A stretch of DNA of 64,000 nucleotides, from the IMG/VR virus record IMGVR_UViG_3300021387_001020, positions 3,367-67,366 of that record. One strand, written 5' to 3'. The position numbers and the translations under genes were made by a program. Of this stretch, positions 21,605 through 31,959 are shown in pieces. Positions within the stretch are counted from its first letter, which is position 1. Each line of letters begins with the position of its first letter. The stretch comes from a virus. Under the pieces are notes generated by a model that did not search any database, had not been told where the DNA came from, and saw only the letters and a program-made list of their open reading frames with translations.

Positions 21605-23061
21605 ATTAACAATATTTATTAATTGGTCGCAAGCATCACTGACGTTTGTCTTATGCTTGGATTTAGATGGTTATAATTTTTACTACCTCAAAAGTCTTAA
21701 ATTTGTAGCTATATTTTATATAGTGTTTTCTAGTTTTTACTACTCAAAATTGGCGATTTTTAAAAAGTGGTCAAAAGTAGTAAAAATTTTTTTTCGCCCT
21801 TTATTTATTGGGGATTTTGGCATCGTCCCTTTTAAGAAATATATATAAAAGTAGTAAAAATAAAAATAGGTATATAGGGATGACAATAATTATTAAAGAT
21901 AATAACAATGATTTGGTTTGTTGTCAAGATTGATGTACGTAATAAGTTTATGTTTCGCTGACTAGATCGCAATTAGATTATAATTCAAATCTGGGTCAGC
22001 GAGTAAATCTGTCTGTGACACTTCGTATCCCATTCAGATTTACTAATAAATATATTTTTATATGACCAATTAAAATATTATGATATGGATTTAATTATAT
22101 CAATATAGTTATCTATAATTTAAAATCTATACATACCAAGTTAGTCACTATTAATTATATTTTATTGATAGTAGAGAAATTGGTTGTTGAGATGATGGAT
22201 ATTGAGATTGGGATGTTGGGTGGAAGTTTGCATGTATTTTATGGCGGGGATTTTTATACGCAATTAGTTTATTAGTGCGGCGGGATCTAGATTACACACG
22301 CAATAAAAAAATATTTTGCCGCCTTTGTTGGACTGGGTAGTGATTACTAGCGGCGATTTTGTATTTGCTGGAATTATGGGGGGGGTATATGTGATGGTAT
22401 ATATGAGGATATATATGAGGATATATAGTGATTGTAGTGTATGAAGTAGCTTAAGTTACCCACGTAAACTTTCCACATTTTTTTAACAGAGAAATCAGCT
22501 GATTTTTTATGGGGGATTTTAAATTTGATTATTAGTTATCCACAGTTTGTGGTTCGTGATTGTTGGAGTTTTTCTTTTGGAATAATTGTATGTTTTCGAT
22601 ATTGATGGCGATAAAAAGAAACAAGTGGAAAATTGGTGTTTTTTGGTTAAAAAGATAGATTTTTTAGGTAGTGTGGAGGTGGACCTGCTAGGGGGTTTTT
22701 GCTGGGCTGCCGGGTGGAGATGCTGAAAAATGGGGGGATGCAGAAAATATTAAAAAATAACTATTTGTTGTTGTTTCCTGCTGTCTGTTTTGTTAGGATA
22801 GTGGTGGAGATAGTCTCCATTTCAAAAGTACCGTTGCCATTGAGCAAACCGAAGCCGCACGGGCATAGAGCAAATGCCACTGTTAGAGTCATAGTACCGA
22901 TACAGATGCACGTCACCGGGGGAATATATCGAAGCCTGAAATCAGGCACTTATTTTTCCTTCGTGCTTTGCGTTTTGCTCTGGTCATTTGACCAGAGCTT
23001 GCCGGAAAGCATGAAAGCATTCCAAACTATCAATCATTTTTCTAAGAGAGGAGAAAACACC

Positions 23062-23847
23062 ATGAAACTTTACGTTTACAACCAGAAAGAAAGCAAGTTT
23101 GACCAGCAGGTATTTGCTACTCCGAATTTCATCAAAGATGAAAGCATCGACGTTTTCGCGGGAATGGTACAAGCAGAACACTTACAGAGTATTTCTTCCG
23201 TGCTTTCTGATAAATATTCCAATGCCTATGATAAGGCAATGAAGAGTTCCACCCCCGACAACCTGAAAGCTCTGCAGGATGCAGAGGAAGCGTCTGCAAA
23301 GTTCCACAAGGCATGTAATGAGCTTTTCCCCGATGATAAAGACGACGAAGGAAACGACGTTCCAAACGATGTTTGGACTATTTCAGCAGACGTTGTTTCT
23401 CAGCTTTTTTGTGTAGCATTCGGGCTTGAAAAGGGGACTGTAAACATTGACTCTTACAAGTCCTTCTTGTACGATGATACCAGAGCGTATGAACAGTTGT
23501 TCTATACTATGAAGGACTGGACTCAGGCAAGGAAGGACGCCTTCAAAGCTCTGAAGGATAAGTCTTCTGAGTATGTCAATCTGTTATTCAGTCTTACTTC
23601 TGAGACTGACGTTTACGTCAAGCGTACCTTCTCTATGAACTCAAAAGATACTCAGATGTACATTGATAAAGCTGCCCCTACTTTGAAGAAAACCAAAGTT
23701 AAGGATAGTTTTGGAGATGTCACCGGAATAGCAGAAACACAAGGAAGCGCGAAGGCGTGTTTCACTTTCCTGCTGCAGGTTGTTTTCTATCATCATGGAT
23801 GCGCCGTCACTAAACCAGAAAAGAAGAAAGCAAGACTTTACTTCTAA
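23062..23847 (+). CDS. First gene of the plus-strand arm, hypothetical
   Basis: SD GAGGAG before ATG 23062; the upstream extension in the ORF track is unlikely. Confidence 0.7.
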   Translation: MKLYVYNQKESKFDQQVFATPNFIKDESIDVFAGMVQAEHLQSISSVLSDKYSNAYDKAMKSSTPDNLKALQDAEEASAKFHKACNELFPDDKDDEGNDVPNDVWTISADVVSQLFCVAFGLEKGTVNIDSYKSFLYDDTRAYEQLFYTMKDWTQARKDAFKALKDKSSEYVNLLFSLTSETDVYVKRTFSMNSKDTQMYIDKAAPTLKKTKVKDSFGDVTGIAETQGSAKACFTFLLQVVFYHHGCAVTKPEKKKARLYF

Positions 23848-23868
23848 TAGTTCCGCAAGTATCCGGCG

Positions 23869-23894
23869 AAGGCTCCCATATGGGAGCCTTTTTT
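23869..23894 (+). terminator. Intrinsic terminator
   Basis: Perfect inverted repeat AAGGCTCCCATATGGGAGCCTT followed by a T run. Confidence 0.85.
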
Positions 23895-23967
23895 ATTGTT
23901 TGAAAAATCCGTACAATTTAATAAATTGTATTGTTTTTTGAAACAATAAATCAGGAGGTTAATATTA

Positions 23968-24887
23968 TGAAACCAGTTGCACAAACAAAAGACTTTTGTA
24001 CATGCTTACATGGTTACACTTTGCCTAAATATTCCATTTATGGGAATGTTTACGGCACGACTTACTACTGTACGGATTTTCTAACGCCCGTGAAAATTAA
24101 CGGGCGTGATGTTTACCACGTACATATTTTTTGCCCCGCGAAGAAGAACCCGGGGCGCGGTTCATGGCAGGTCACATATACAGATGACTGCAAAAATGGT
24201 GGTGCTATTTTTGTGCATATCCGTGACTTTGTAAAGTCCGCGGATTTTATTGCGGAAAAACCGATTTTCTGTCAGCATAGAGTCGCAAAGGCGCAGGAAC
24301 TGGAGCGCGCCGCAGAAAAAGCCACCCGCGATATTAAACGCTCACGGGAAAAAGCCGCCCGTGAATGGTGGCGCGATAACATGATGGACGCACCCAGAAT
24401 GAAACGCCCACAAGGCGCGACCGGCACGTATTTGCCGACTTATTCACAGTCGGCAGTTGACGGCATGGGATACAGTCTTGACTATGAATACAATTATCAT
24501 GAATATGTCGGTTTTGGGGATGACCCGACCATCAATCCTGCACTGCATCGTTCTGATAAGCCGTTCTTTGAGAACGGGCAGAATACTTCGGGCGAACTGG
24601 CATTTATGGTTAAGCGCGATGGCATGAAAACATGCTTTAAGGACTACAGGCCGGAAAAGAAGAAGCCCAACGCCGTAAAGAGTGCGAAAGAGAACAGCAC
24701 GTTGAACAAAGTAAAAGTTGAACGTGCATTGTCAAGTCAGGAAGAGCTGTATTATTATCTTGCAAATTCTTCGGAATACTCAAAAGAGGTATGCGAAGAA
24801 CTAATCTCAATTGGGAAAATCCCGGTGAGATTTAAGGACAGGTTTAATGCATCGTGCAAGAAGCATAAAATTGAAGCACATGCATAA
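23968..24887 (+). CDS. Hypothetical early protein
   Basis: SD AGGAGG before ATG; ~306 aa. Confidence 0.7.
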
Positions 24888-24958
24888 ATGAATATAGCAA
24901 ATACATTGGACTATCAGCAGATAGTCCTTTTTTTATGCCAAAAATTGGAGGATTCATC

Positions 24959-25330
24959 ATGAACAAAGTATACGGACCCATTGCTAAACTTGTAAACCTC
25001 ACTCCACATGCAATCAATTTTGTGTTGGAAAATCCACAAGGTGAATATAAAACTTTAATGACTGTCGAACCTTCTGGAATAATTGCCAGAGTTTCGGCAA
25101 AAACCGTAATGGTTGATGCTGTCCGGCTTCCAAGTTTCAGTGTTCCGATCACTGCTACTGAATTTGGTGAAGTTGAAGGACTTCCCGCACCAGAAAAAAA
25201 CACGGTTTACATCGTTTCCAGTCTTGTAGCTCAGAGATGTAAAGACCGTAATGATGTGTTTATCCCTAATGAGTCAGTACGTGACTCACAGGGACGCATC
25301 ATTGGATGCAAGTCCCTTGGTCGCATCTAA
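24959..25330 (+). CDS. Small phage protein (NLTPH...YIVS type)
   Basis: LVNLTPHAI...GLPAP...YIVSSLVA motif; SD GGAGG. Confidence 0.7.
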   Translation: MNKVYGPIAKLVNLTPHAINFVLENPQGEYKTLMTVEPSGIIARVSAKTVMVDAVRLPSFSVPITATEFGEVEGLPAPEKNTVYIVSSLVAQRCKDRNDVFIPNESVRDSQGRIIGCKSLGRI

Positions 25331-25783
25331 AAGTTTCACCGCACATACGGTTTAGCCGTGTCCTTCAATGGGAATGTGCGGTTTTGCAACTACCAACGCT
25401 CTGCGCTACGCCTATCATGGTCAAGTGAATGCATGGTGGGTGGATAGGAGCTGTTTCAATCACTGGAGGTAGATATTATGTTTACTGAAACCATGAAACT
25501 TTATGTTATGAGAAAAGGTCTGAGGCGTGTTACTTTTGCGCTATTTTCTGACGGTTGTTACCGTCAGGTGTATAAGGATGGTAGCATGAGTGATGTCTGC
25601 AACGATTTTGCAGACTTGTTCCTGACGCTCTGCCGTCAGGGTTGGAAGGGGGTGGGCAACTGATTTGTTTCCAGATAGGCACACGGATACCGCCAAATAT
25701 TAAACGTGCGGACAATATCTGTGTGCCGATTGTGGTTATAAATCACAGTAACAAAAATTATTAAATTCAGGAGGAAAATTATT

Positions 25784-26587
25784 ATGATGACACCACTTGA
25801 CGCGATAATGTTTGAAATCAGAGTCAATAATCTCTCTGATGACGTTCATGAATTCCTGAAATGGATTCCAGAAGATGGTTCTGAGCCGGACGATTCCTAC
25901 GGCGGTTACACCTATCAGGCTTGGTGTGTAACAACCAAGTCCACAGAAGGTGAACCCGCAGAGGAAGAGGTAGCAGAAGAAAACCACGAAGAGGAAGAGG
26001 TTGAGGAGGAAATCCTCTACAAAAACCGCAAGCGCGGTAAGAAGTTTAATAAATCCGTATGGGTGCGGAAGGAGCGCAAAAAGTCGCTCCACAGCCTTGT
26101 AGACTGGAAGGACGGAATCGACTGGTGGCAGTCGGTTGATGATGGCGGTCGCAAGATTGGTGAGAAGGGCGCAAAGCTCTATACCCGCAAGGGGAGAGTT
26201 GCCCGTGAGAAATTCACGGGAGAACCCTTCGATCCGTGGTATGATGAGGATTATATTGACGATGTTGAATACGAGACCGATCTGGACATCCCGGTCGGAA
26301 CTGGTTACTGGACGGATGAGGAACTGAGCGAAGCTATCAACAATTATAAGGATCCATTTTATGACCCTTATGATTGTGATGACTATGATGACGAACTGGA
26401 AGAAGTTCTGGTGGATGACGAAGATTTCTGCCTCGATGTAGATGGCGGAAATTTCTATACCCGCGAAACCGCTCTTCAGAAGCACTGCGAAGAGCTTGAG
26501 GAAGAGGTCAAGAAGTTGCATGACTTCCTGAATGAATATAATCTGAATACATTGTTTTCTCAGTGGGAGAAGAATAATAACCGTTGA
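25784..26587 (+). CDS. Highly acidic hypothetical protein
   Basis: 267-aa D/E-rich ORF with SD AGGAGG. Confidence 0.7.
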   Translation: MMTPLDAIMFEIRVNNLSDDVHEFLKWIPEDGSEPDDSYGGYTYQAWCVTTKSTEGEPAEEEVAEENHEEEEVEEEILYKNRKRGKKFNKSVWVRKERKKSLHSLVDWKDGIDWWQSVDDGGRKIGEKGAKLYTRKGRVAREKFTGEPFDPWYDEDYIDDVEYETDLDIPVGTGYWTDEELSEAINNYKDPFYDPYDCDDYDDELEEVLVDDEDFCLDVDGGNFYTRETALQKHCEELEEEVKKLHDFLNEYNLNTLFSQWEKNNNR

Positions 26588-26712
26588 CAATATTTCCCGT
26601 CCTGAGCATGACGTTAAACTGCTTAACCATACAATCGGTAAACCTCCACGGGGTGTATGGTGGGCAACGTGATTGATTTCATGGCTAATTACTGAAAAAT
26701 GATAAATATATT

Positions 26713-27423
26713 ATGGAGGAAAACATTATGAAGAAACTTGGAACAAGCGCAGACAATATTATTGTTTATAATCATCCAGAGGGGCACAGTCATCGTCCCG
26801 ATCTGGACGCAGAGGTAATATCAAAGGTCACAATTGGTGACTGTCCGTTCGTGGTCGAAACAATTACTCTCAACAGGATAATTGGTGTCGATCATCTTGT
26901 CGAAACAAGTGCTGATGATATTATCATCAGGTATAAGCGCGGGAACCGCTCCAATTATTCTCGCATGGTTTTGAACCGCACCGCAGAGCCGACTAATAAA
27001 GTCACAATAATCCTCTGCAAATGCGGAGCGGAGGACGGTGAGCTTGATGGTAAATATGCCCTCGTGACATTATATGAAGGGCAAGCTGGAAATCCTGAAC
27101 CTTACGGACGAAATGATACCCCAGAAAACCGCGAGTTCTGGACAAATCACGCCCTTGTTCCTACAGAAGATGAAATGATACAGATTGAAGCAAACAAAAT
27201 CAATTTTGATTCTATCAAGAATTACGATTTTGAACTCACAAATCTTGGAGTTCTCATTGCAACCTATTGGTTCAATGATGGATATGTGTTTCAAAACGGA
27301 GTTACGTTCGAAATAACCGATGTCGATGATTATATAACAGACATCAACGAAGCTGATGAGGTCTATGATCTCACGGTAGATGAGGCAAGGGAATACCTTG
27401 TTTCTCACGGATACTGCAAATAA
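26713..27423 (+). CDS. Hypothetical protein
   Basis: 236-aa ORF. Confidence 0.7.
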   Translation: MEENIMKKLGTSADNIIVYNHPEGHSHRPDLDAEVISKVTIGDCPFVVETITLNRIIGVDHLVETSADDIIIRYKRGNRSNYSRMVLNRTAEPTNKVTIILCKCGAEDGELDGKYALVTLYEGQAGNPEPYGRNDTPENREFWTNHALVPTEDEMIQIEANKINFDSIKNYDFELTNLGVLIATYWFNDGYVFQNGVTFEITDVDDYITDINEADEVYDLTVDEAREYLVSHGYCK

Positions 27424-27713
27424 AATTCATGATTAGAACTTGCCATCAAGAGAAATCTTGGTGGTGAGATTGTAACCATGAATTAAATATTAAATAATAC
27501 ACAGGAGGAAACATTATGACACTTGCAAACATTCTCGCAACTCTTAACCTTGACAGCTACTATGTAGCTGAGATCATCAACGGAAAGGAAATCCGAGTAA
27601 CAACGGATTTCGCATTCCTCGCTGATGCAGAGGCTGCGGTTCACCGTATGCCGTCTGGTAACTATGTAATCAAGACCGCTTAACGGCGGTCTTTTTGTAA
27701 CGGAGGTACTCTT

Positions 27714-28028
27714 ATGAAAAAGAAAATCGTTTCTGCTTTGATGGCTGCTGCCCTCTGCGCAACGCCTTGTAGCGCAAGAGTAATTAACATCCCGAAGGGA
27801 ATTTACCCTTCGATGGGTGTAGTAACAAAGATAAAAGAACGAAAAGACGGATATTTCCGTGTGACTTTCCAAGATGGCGCGGATCGTAAATACTCTTGGA
27901 TTGATGACGATCCAAGTTGGTGCAAGGGAGATTTTGTTGCCACTATTATGTATGACAACGGAACTCGCACCATCTATGATGATAAAGTCGTAGATGCAAG
28001 ATATGTAGGATACAAGGGATTATTCTAA
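27714..28028 (+). CDS. Small exported protein
   Basis: Signal-peptide-like N-terminus MKKKIVSALMAAALCA. Confidence 0.6.
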   Translation: MKKKIVSALMAAALCATPCSARVINIPKGIYPSMGVVTKIKERKDGYFRVTFQDGADRKYSWIDDDPSWCKGDFVATIMYDNGTRTIYDDKVVDARYVGYKGLF

Positions 28029-28042
28029 GAAGGGAGAACACT

Positions 28043-28294
28043 ATGAAAATAGAAAAATCTGCAAAAGCAACAAAAGTAAATGAAGTCACTTATGAAGTTC
28101 TGGAAAACTTCGGGACTCTGGAAACAAAAGGAAACTGGGAAACCAAATTCCGCCGTATATCATGGAACGGAAAACCTCCCGTGTATGATATTCGCCCGTG
28201 GAAGGATGATCCCGAACGTGGAGAAATCTGCGGTAAGGGAATAACCCTTTCGGGTGAAGCAGTGGAGAATTTGTTGAGTATCCTCAATTCGTAG
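28043..28294 (+). CDS. YdbC/PC4-like ssDNA-binding protein
   Basis: ISWNG...YDIRPW...GKGITL signature; ends in TAG. Confidence 0.75.
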   Translation: MKIEKSAKATKVNEVTYEVLENFGTLETKGNWETKFRRISWNGKPPVYDIRPWKDDPERGEICGKGITLSGEAVENLLSILNS

Positions 28295-30106
28295 TTAGAT
28301 TGTACCCACAATGGAAACCAGTCCTTTGTGGGTATTATTGTAACTATGAATAAAATATTAAACAGAAAGGAAATTGATATGAAACAAAAAAGTGCTGGTC
28401 TGTGTCAGACGTTTATTCGCATGGTTGATGATCATGCGAAGGCAAACGACAATATGTTTGTCGGGCAGATTATATTATATTCGCTCGGCATAGATGGGTT
28501 TTGCATGGATTTTTATAAATGTAAAACCGAAGCTGATAAATACGGCTTTACATGGAGTCTTGGAAACGGAGATTGGTATAACCACACGTTTACCAAAAGC
28601 GAAATCGAAGCGGCTTTAATGAGTAGTCGCTTTAAACTCAGGATTGAGGTTGTGAAGGGGGAAAGCGAATGAAGAACAAATTACTTATTGGATTATTTAT
28701 TGTTTCTTTCATCATCCTGTTCTGCGTTGCTGGGTCTTTCGACACCCAGCTGCTTCAGGCGGGAATTATCCACTAACGGAAAGGGGGATTAGATGATTAG
28801 TATTGACAATTTGTATATCATATCCTATCAATCTGGGCTGTATGATAGTTATAGCAGCTCAGAATCTATTGTTATAGGAAAAGAAAAGGCAAACGAGATG
28901 TTTAATATGTTTGCTTCAGGCCGTCCTTGCGATGGCGATGGTGAATGCGCTTTATATAAAGCAAAAATTCACGATTCATGCATCGTGCCAGATTATGATA
29001 ATGAATTAAATCATAAAGTATACGATGATGAAACAGAAACATGGAAAGATGATTAGGAGGAATAAGCATGAATAGTTACGAAAAACAGGCAGATAATTTT
29101 CTTCGCAAGGTAAATGCGAAGATGACTATTTCTCACATTTCGGAGAACGGGGAATGGAAAAGATCTCCGATGACGGGCGGGTATCTGTATAGAGTACGGA
29201 TCGACCGCAACGGAAAATCATGGACATTCAAGTTCTCAGACTGTCTGGCTAACTACCAGACGGCTAATCGTCCGAGCAAGTATGATGTTCTTGCTTGCAT
29301 TGAGAAGTATGAGCCATATGGTGACGTATGGGATTTTGCAAGCGAATACGGATATGAAATTCATGACCGCGATTCTTTCAAAGCAACGGAAAAAACATAC
29401 AAAGCTGTTTGCCGGGAATATAAAAACGTCATCAGAATGTTTGGTGATGTCATTGATGAACTTCGTGAAATTCAGTAAAGGAGGTAATTAGATGAAAGGC
29501 TTTACATTTCCATACAAACGGAAAGACGTTTTCATCTGCACGGAACTAAAAAACAAAACAGATTCACTTGCAGGTAAGATCCTGCGCAAAATGGTGGATG
29601 CAGGATATGACATTCCTGACAACCCTGATACCAGAAAGGAACTACTGTATTATCTCCGCAAGGCAGAGTGTGACATTCACACACTAACAAATGGAAATCA
29701 GTACTATGAAATCCATGGCGAAAACTTCGGAGGTCGTGGATCATTCATAAACGATGGCAATACAATAATTATTAAACTTTAACAGAAAGGAAGTGATCGG
29801 TTATCAAAGGTTACATTATCCCATTCGGCTATATGGGATATATCAACGGAAACTATCAATTATTCGCAACAGAAAGCGAATACATTGCCACTTGGAGGGA
29901 GGAAAATGAGGTCGTGGCCCAAAGCATTTGAATGTGATCCAGTGTTAAGAAGATGGTTTATATCAGCTTGTGAAGCACTGGTAATTTATGGAACTCCAAG
30001 GGAAAATTGGCATCCCGATCTTTCGGTCTGGGATGCTGATTTCGTGTGGGCAGAAGCAAAGAGATTATTAAATTATTAATTTATTAAAGAAAGGTAGGTT
30101 GATATT

Positions 30107-30964
30107 ATGATGAACAAAGCACTCTATAATCTTACAATGCAGAACGTGATTACAGTTGGCGACAAGAAGTTTGCGTATATACCTATGGAACTGCTGTTTG
30201 CAGATCGCAGATTCCAGAGACTTGGCGCAAAGGCAAAGAAAAAGGCAAAGAAACTTGCCGTCAAATGGGATCCCAAAAAGATGGATCCTATTAGAGTTGT
30301 ACCACATCCCGAAACCGGAACATTTTCTGTTATTGATGGTTGGCATAGATACACAGCAGCAGATATGCTTGGAAACGAGTATATTGTGTGCGAGATCATC
30401 GAAATCAACGGAACCGTTGAAGAGCGCACGATCGAAGAAGCAAGATTGTTTGCTACACAGGGAGATGAAACGGACAGCCTTTCTCCGATTGAAAAGCATA
30501 AAGCAAATCTGTTGCTTGGTGTATACGAAAATGTTAAGCTGCGTGAACTTGCTGATAAATATGGAATTATCATTGATGATGAACATGAAAGAAGCGCAAA
30601 AGCAAAGAATTACCTTACTGGGTTCTACAGGGCGCTTAGGCTGATCAAGACAGATAGCGAAGCTATGGATTATGTATTTAATATTATCGTTACTGCTGGC
30701 TGGAATCTTGCCAGCAACGGTCTGGGCAATGTTAGTTTAACAACGCTTTACAATATTATCAGAATGCATAGGGAATACGCTACCTACATTACTGAATTCC
30801 TTGGAAATTATCTGAGAGGTAAAGATCCTGATGTATTTTTTGGTGCGAGTGGTGAAAAATATCCAGAACGGAAAGAAGAAGAGCGTGTTACCCTTTATAT
30901 TGAGGATATTGTCACAGAGAATCTTGGAATTGAGAGAGTATATAACGGAGGCAAGGTAGCTTAA
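30107..30964 (+). CDS. ParB/Srx-like domain protein (DUF6551-like)
   Basis: FQR...W...PIRV...VIDGWHR...A motif. Confidence 0.65.
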   Translation: MMNKALYNLTMQNVITVGDKKFAYIPMELLFADRRFQRLGAKAKKKAKKLAVKWDPKKMDPIRVVPHPETGTFSVIDGWHRYTAADMLGNEYIVCEIIEINGTVEERTIEEARLFATQGDETDSLSPIEKHKANLLLGVYENVKLRELADKYGIIIDDEHERSAKAKNYLTGFYRALRLIKTDSEAMDYVFNIIVTAGWNLASNGLGNVSLTTLYNIIRMHREYATYITEFLGNYLRGKDPDVFFGASGEKYPERKEEERVTLYIEDIVTENLGIERVYNGGKVA

Positions 30965-31665
30965 AGCTGCTTAATCTTTCGTAGTTAGAACGAGCGCACA
31001 ACTTCTGGTTAATCCCACGGTTGTGCGCTTAATTGTAACTATGAAAAATTCTACAGATAAGGAGACGATTTATGAATGATGAAAACTATAAAATTCAAGA
31101 AGCAATAAAGTTCTTTAAGTATGGTAAATTTAGCGAAAAAAAGAAATATATTTCTGAACTTTATAGCAATGGAACTTCTTTTAATGGGTTTACATTTGTT
31201 AAGGATTCATGGTGTTGGATTATATGGAAACCAACTGATATTGCTAAAAATCCAGAATATAAGGGAGAACCGTTGTGCAAAGTAATCCCAGATACAGTAC
31301 CTATTACAAATATTTTTAAAGTTTTAGATGCACAACCATGGACTTATATTTAAAAAAGGAGGTGTACCAATGAGAAAAATTGGTGCAAGAAGTGTTATTG
31401 GTATGAGGAGGTATCCTCTTACCTCGTTGGTTGAGTTACCGCTAAAACGGAAACCTATTCCGCACAATTCCAAATGGAAAGAAGATTTTCGGAAAATCGG
31501 AAGAGAGTTTCTTCCAGGTGATGTGGTAGCGCAAATAATCCGCATCACAGAAGCTAACTCGGAACCTGAAGTCCCGAACGAAATAATGTATGAAAGAGCG
31601 CATCGCAAGATGATGTCGCTCATTTAGGGGGTGTAACTATGATTAAGCCAAATGGGAGAAGTAAA

Positions 31666-31959
31666 ATGAAAAGAGAATACGTAATCTATATGACACCAGT
31701 ATCTACTGATTATTGCTTTATGAATTTCGATTTTGCCATGAAGCACGATTGGAAGATGTCAGATTATGTTCCGGTATGGCGAGGAACCATCGAAAGCGAA
31801 ACCGTTGATGGTGCGCTTGAAGAGTTGTTCCTCATCTTCAACGTAGATCATCCAGCACAGTATTGCGGAAGATCGTTGAGTGTGAGCGATGTGGTGCTTC
31901 TTGACAATAAACCATATTATTGTGATCGTCTTGGTTGGAGCGAATGCCCAGACCGCTGA
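31666..31959 (+). CDS. YodL-domain protein
   Basis: LEELFLIFN...P...GRSLSVSDVV...YYCDRLGW signature. Confidence 0.75.
   Translation: MKREYVIYMTPVSTDYCFMNFDFAMKHDWKMSDYVPVWRGTIESETVDGALEELFLIFNVDHPAQYCGRSLSVSDVVLLDNKPYYCDRLGWSECPDR

Noticed and set aside
22699-23061. N-terminal extension of the 382-aa track ORF
   Set aside because: A strong SD and ATG sit at 23062; the upstream part has non-coding character.
28043-28672. TAG-readthrough fusion of the PC4-like gene with the next ORF
   Set aside because: The two are in frame, but the PC4-like domain is complete at 83 aa, the linker is a repeated hairpin element and the next gene has its own SD.
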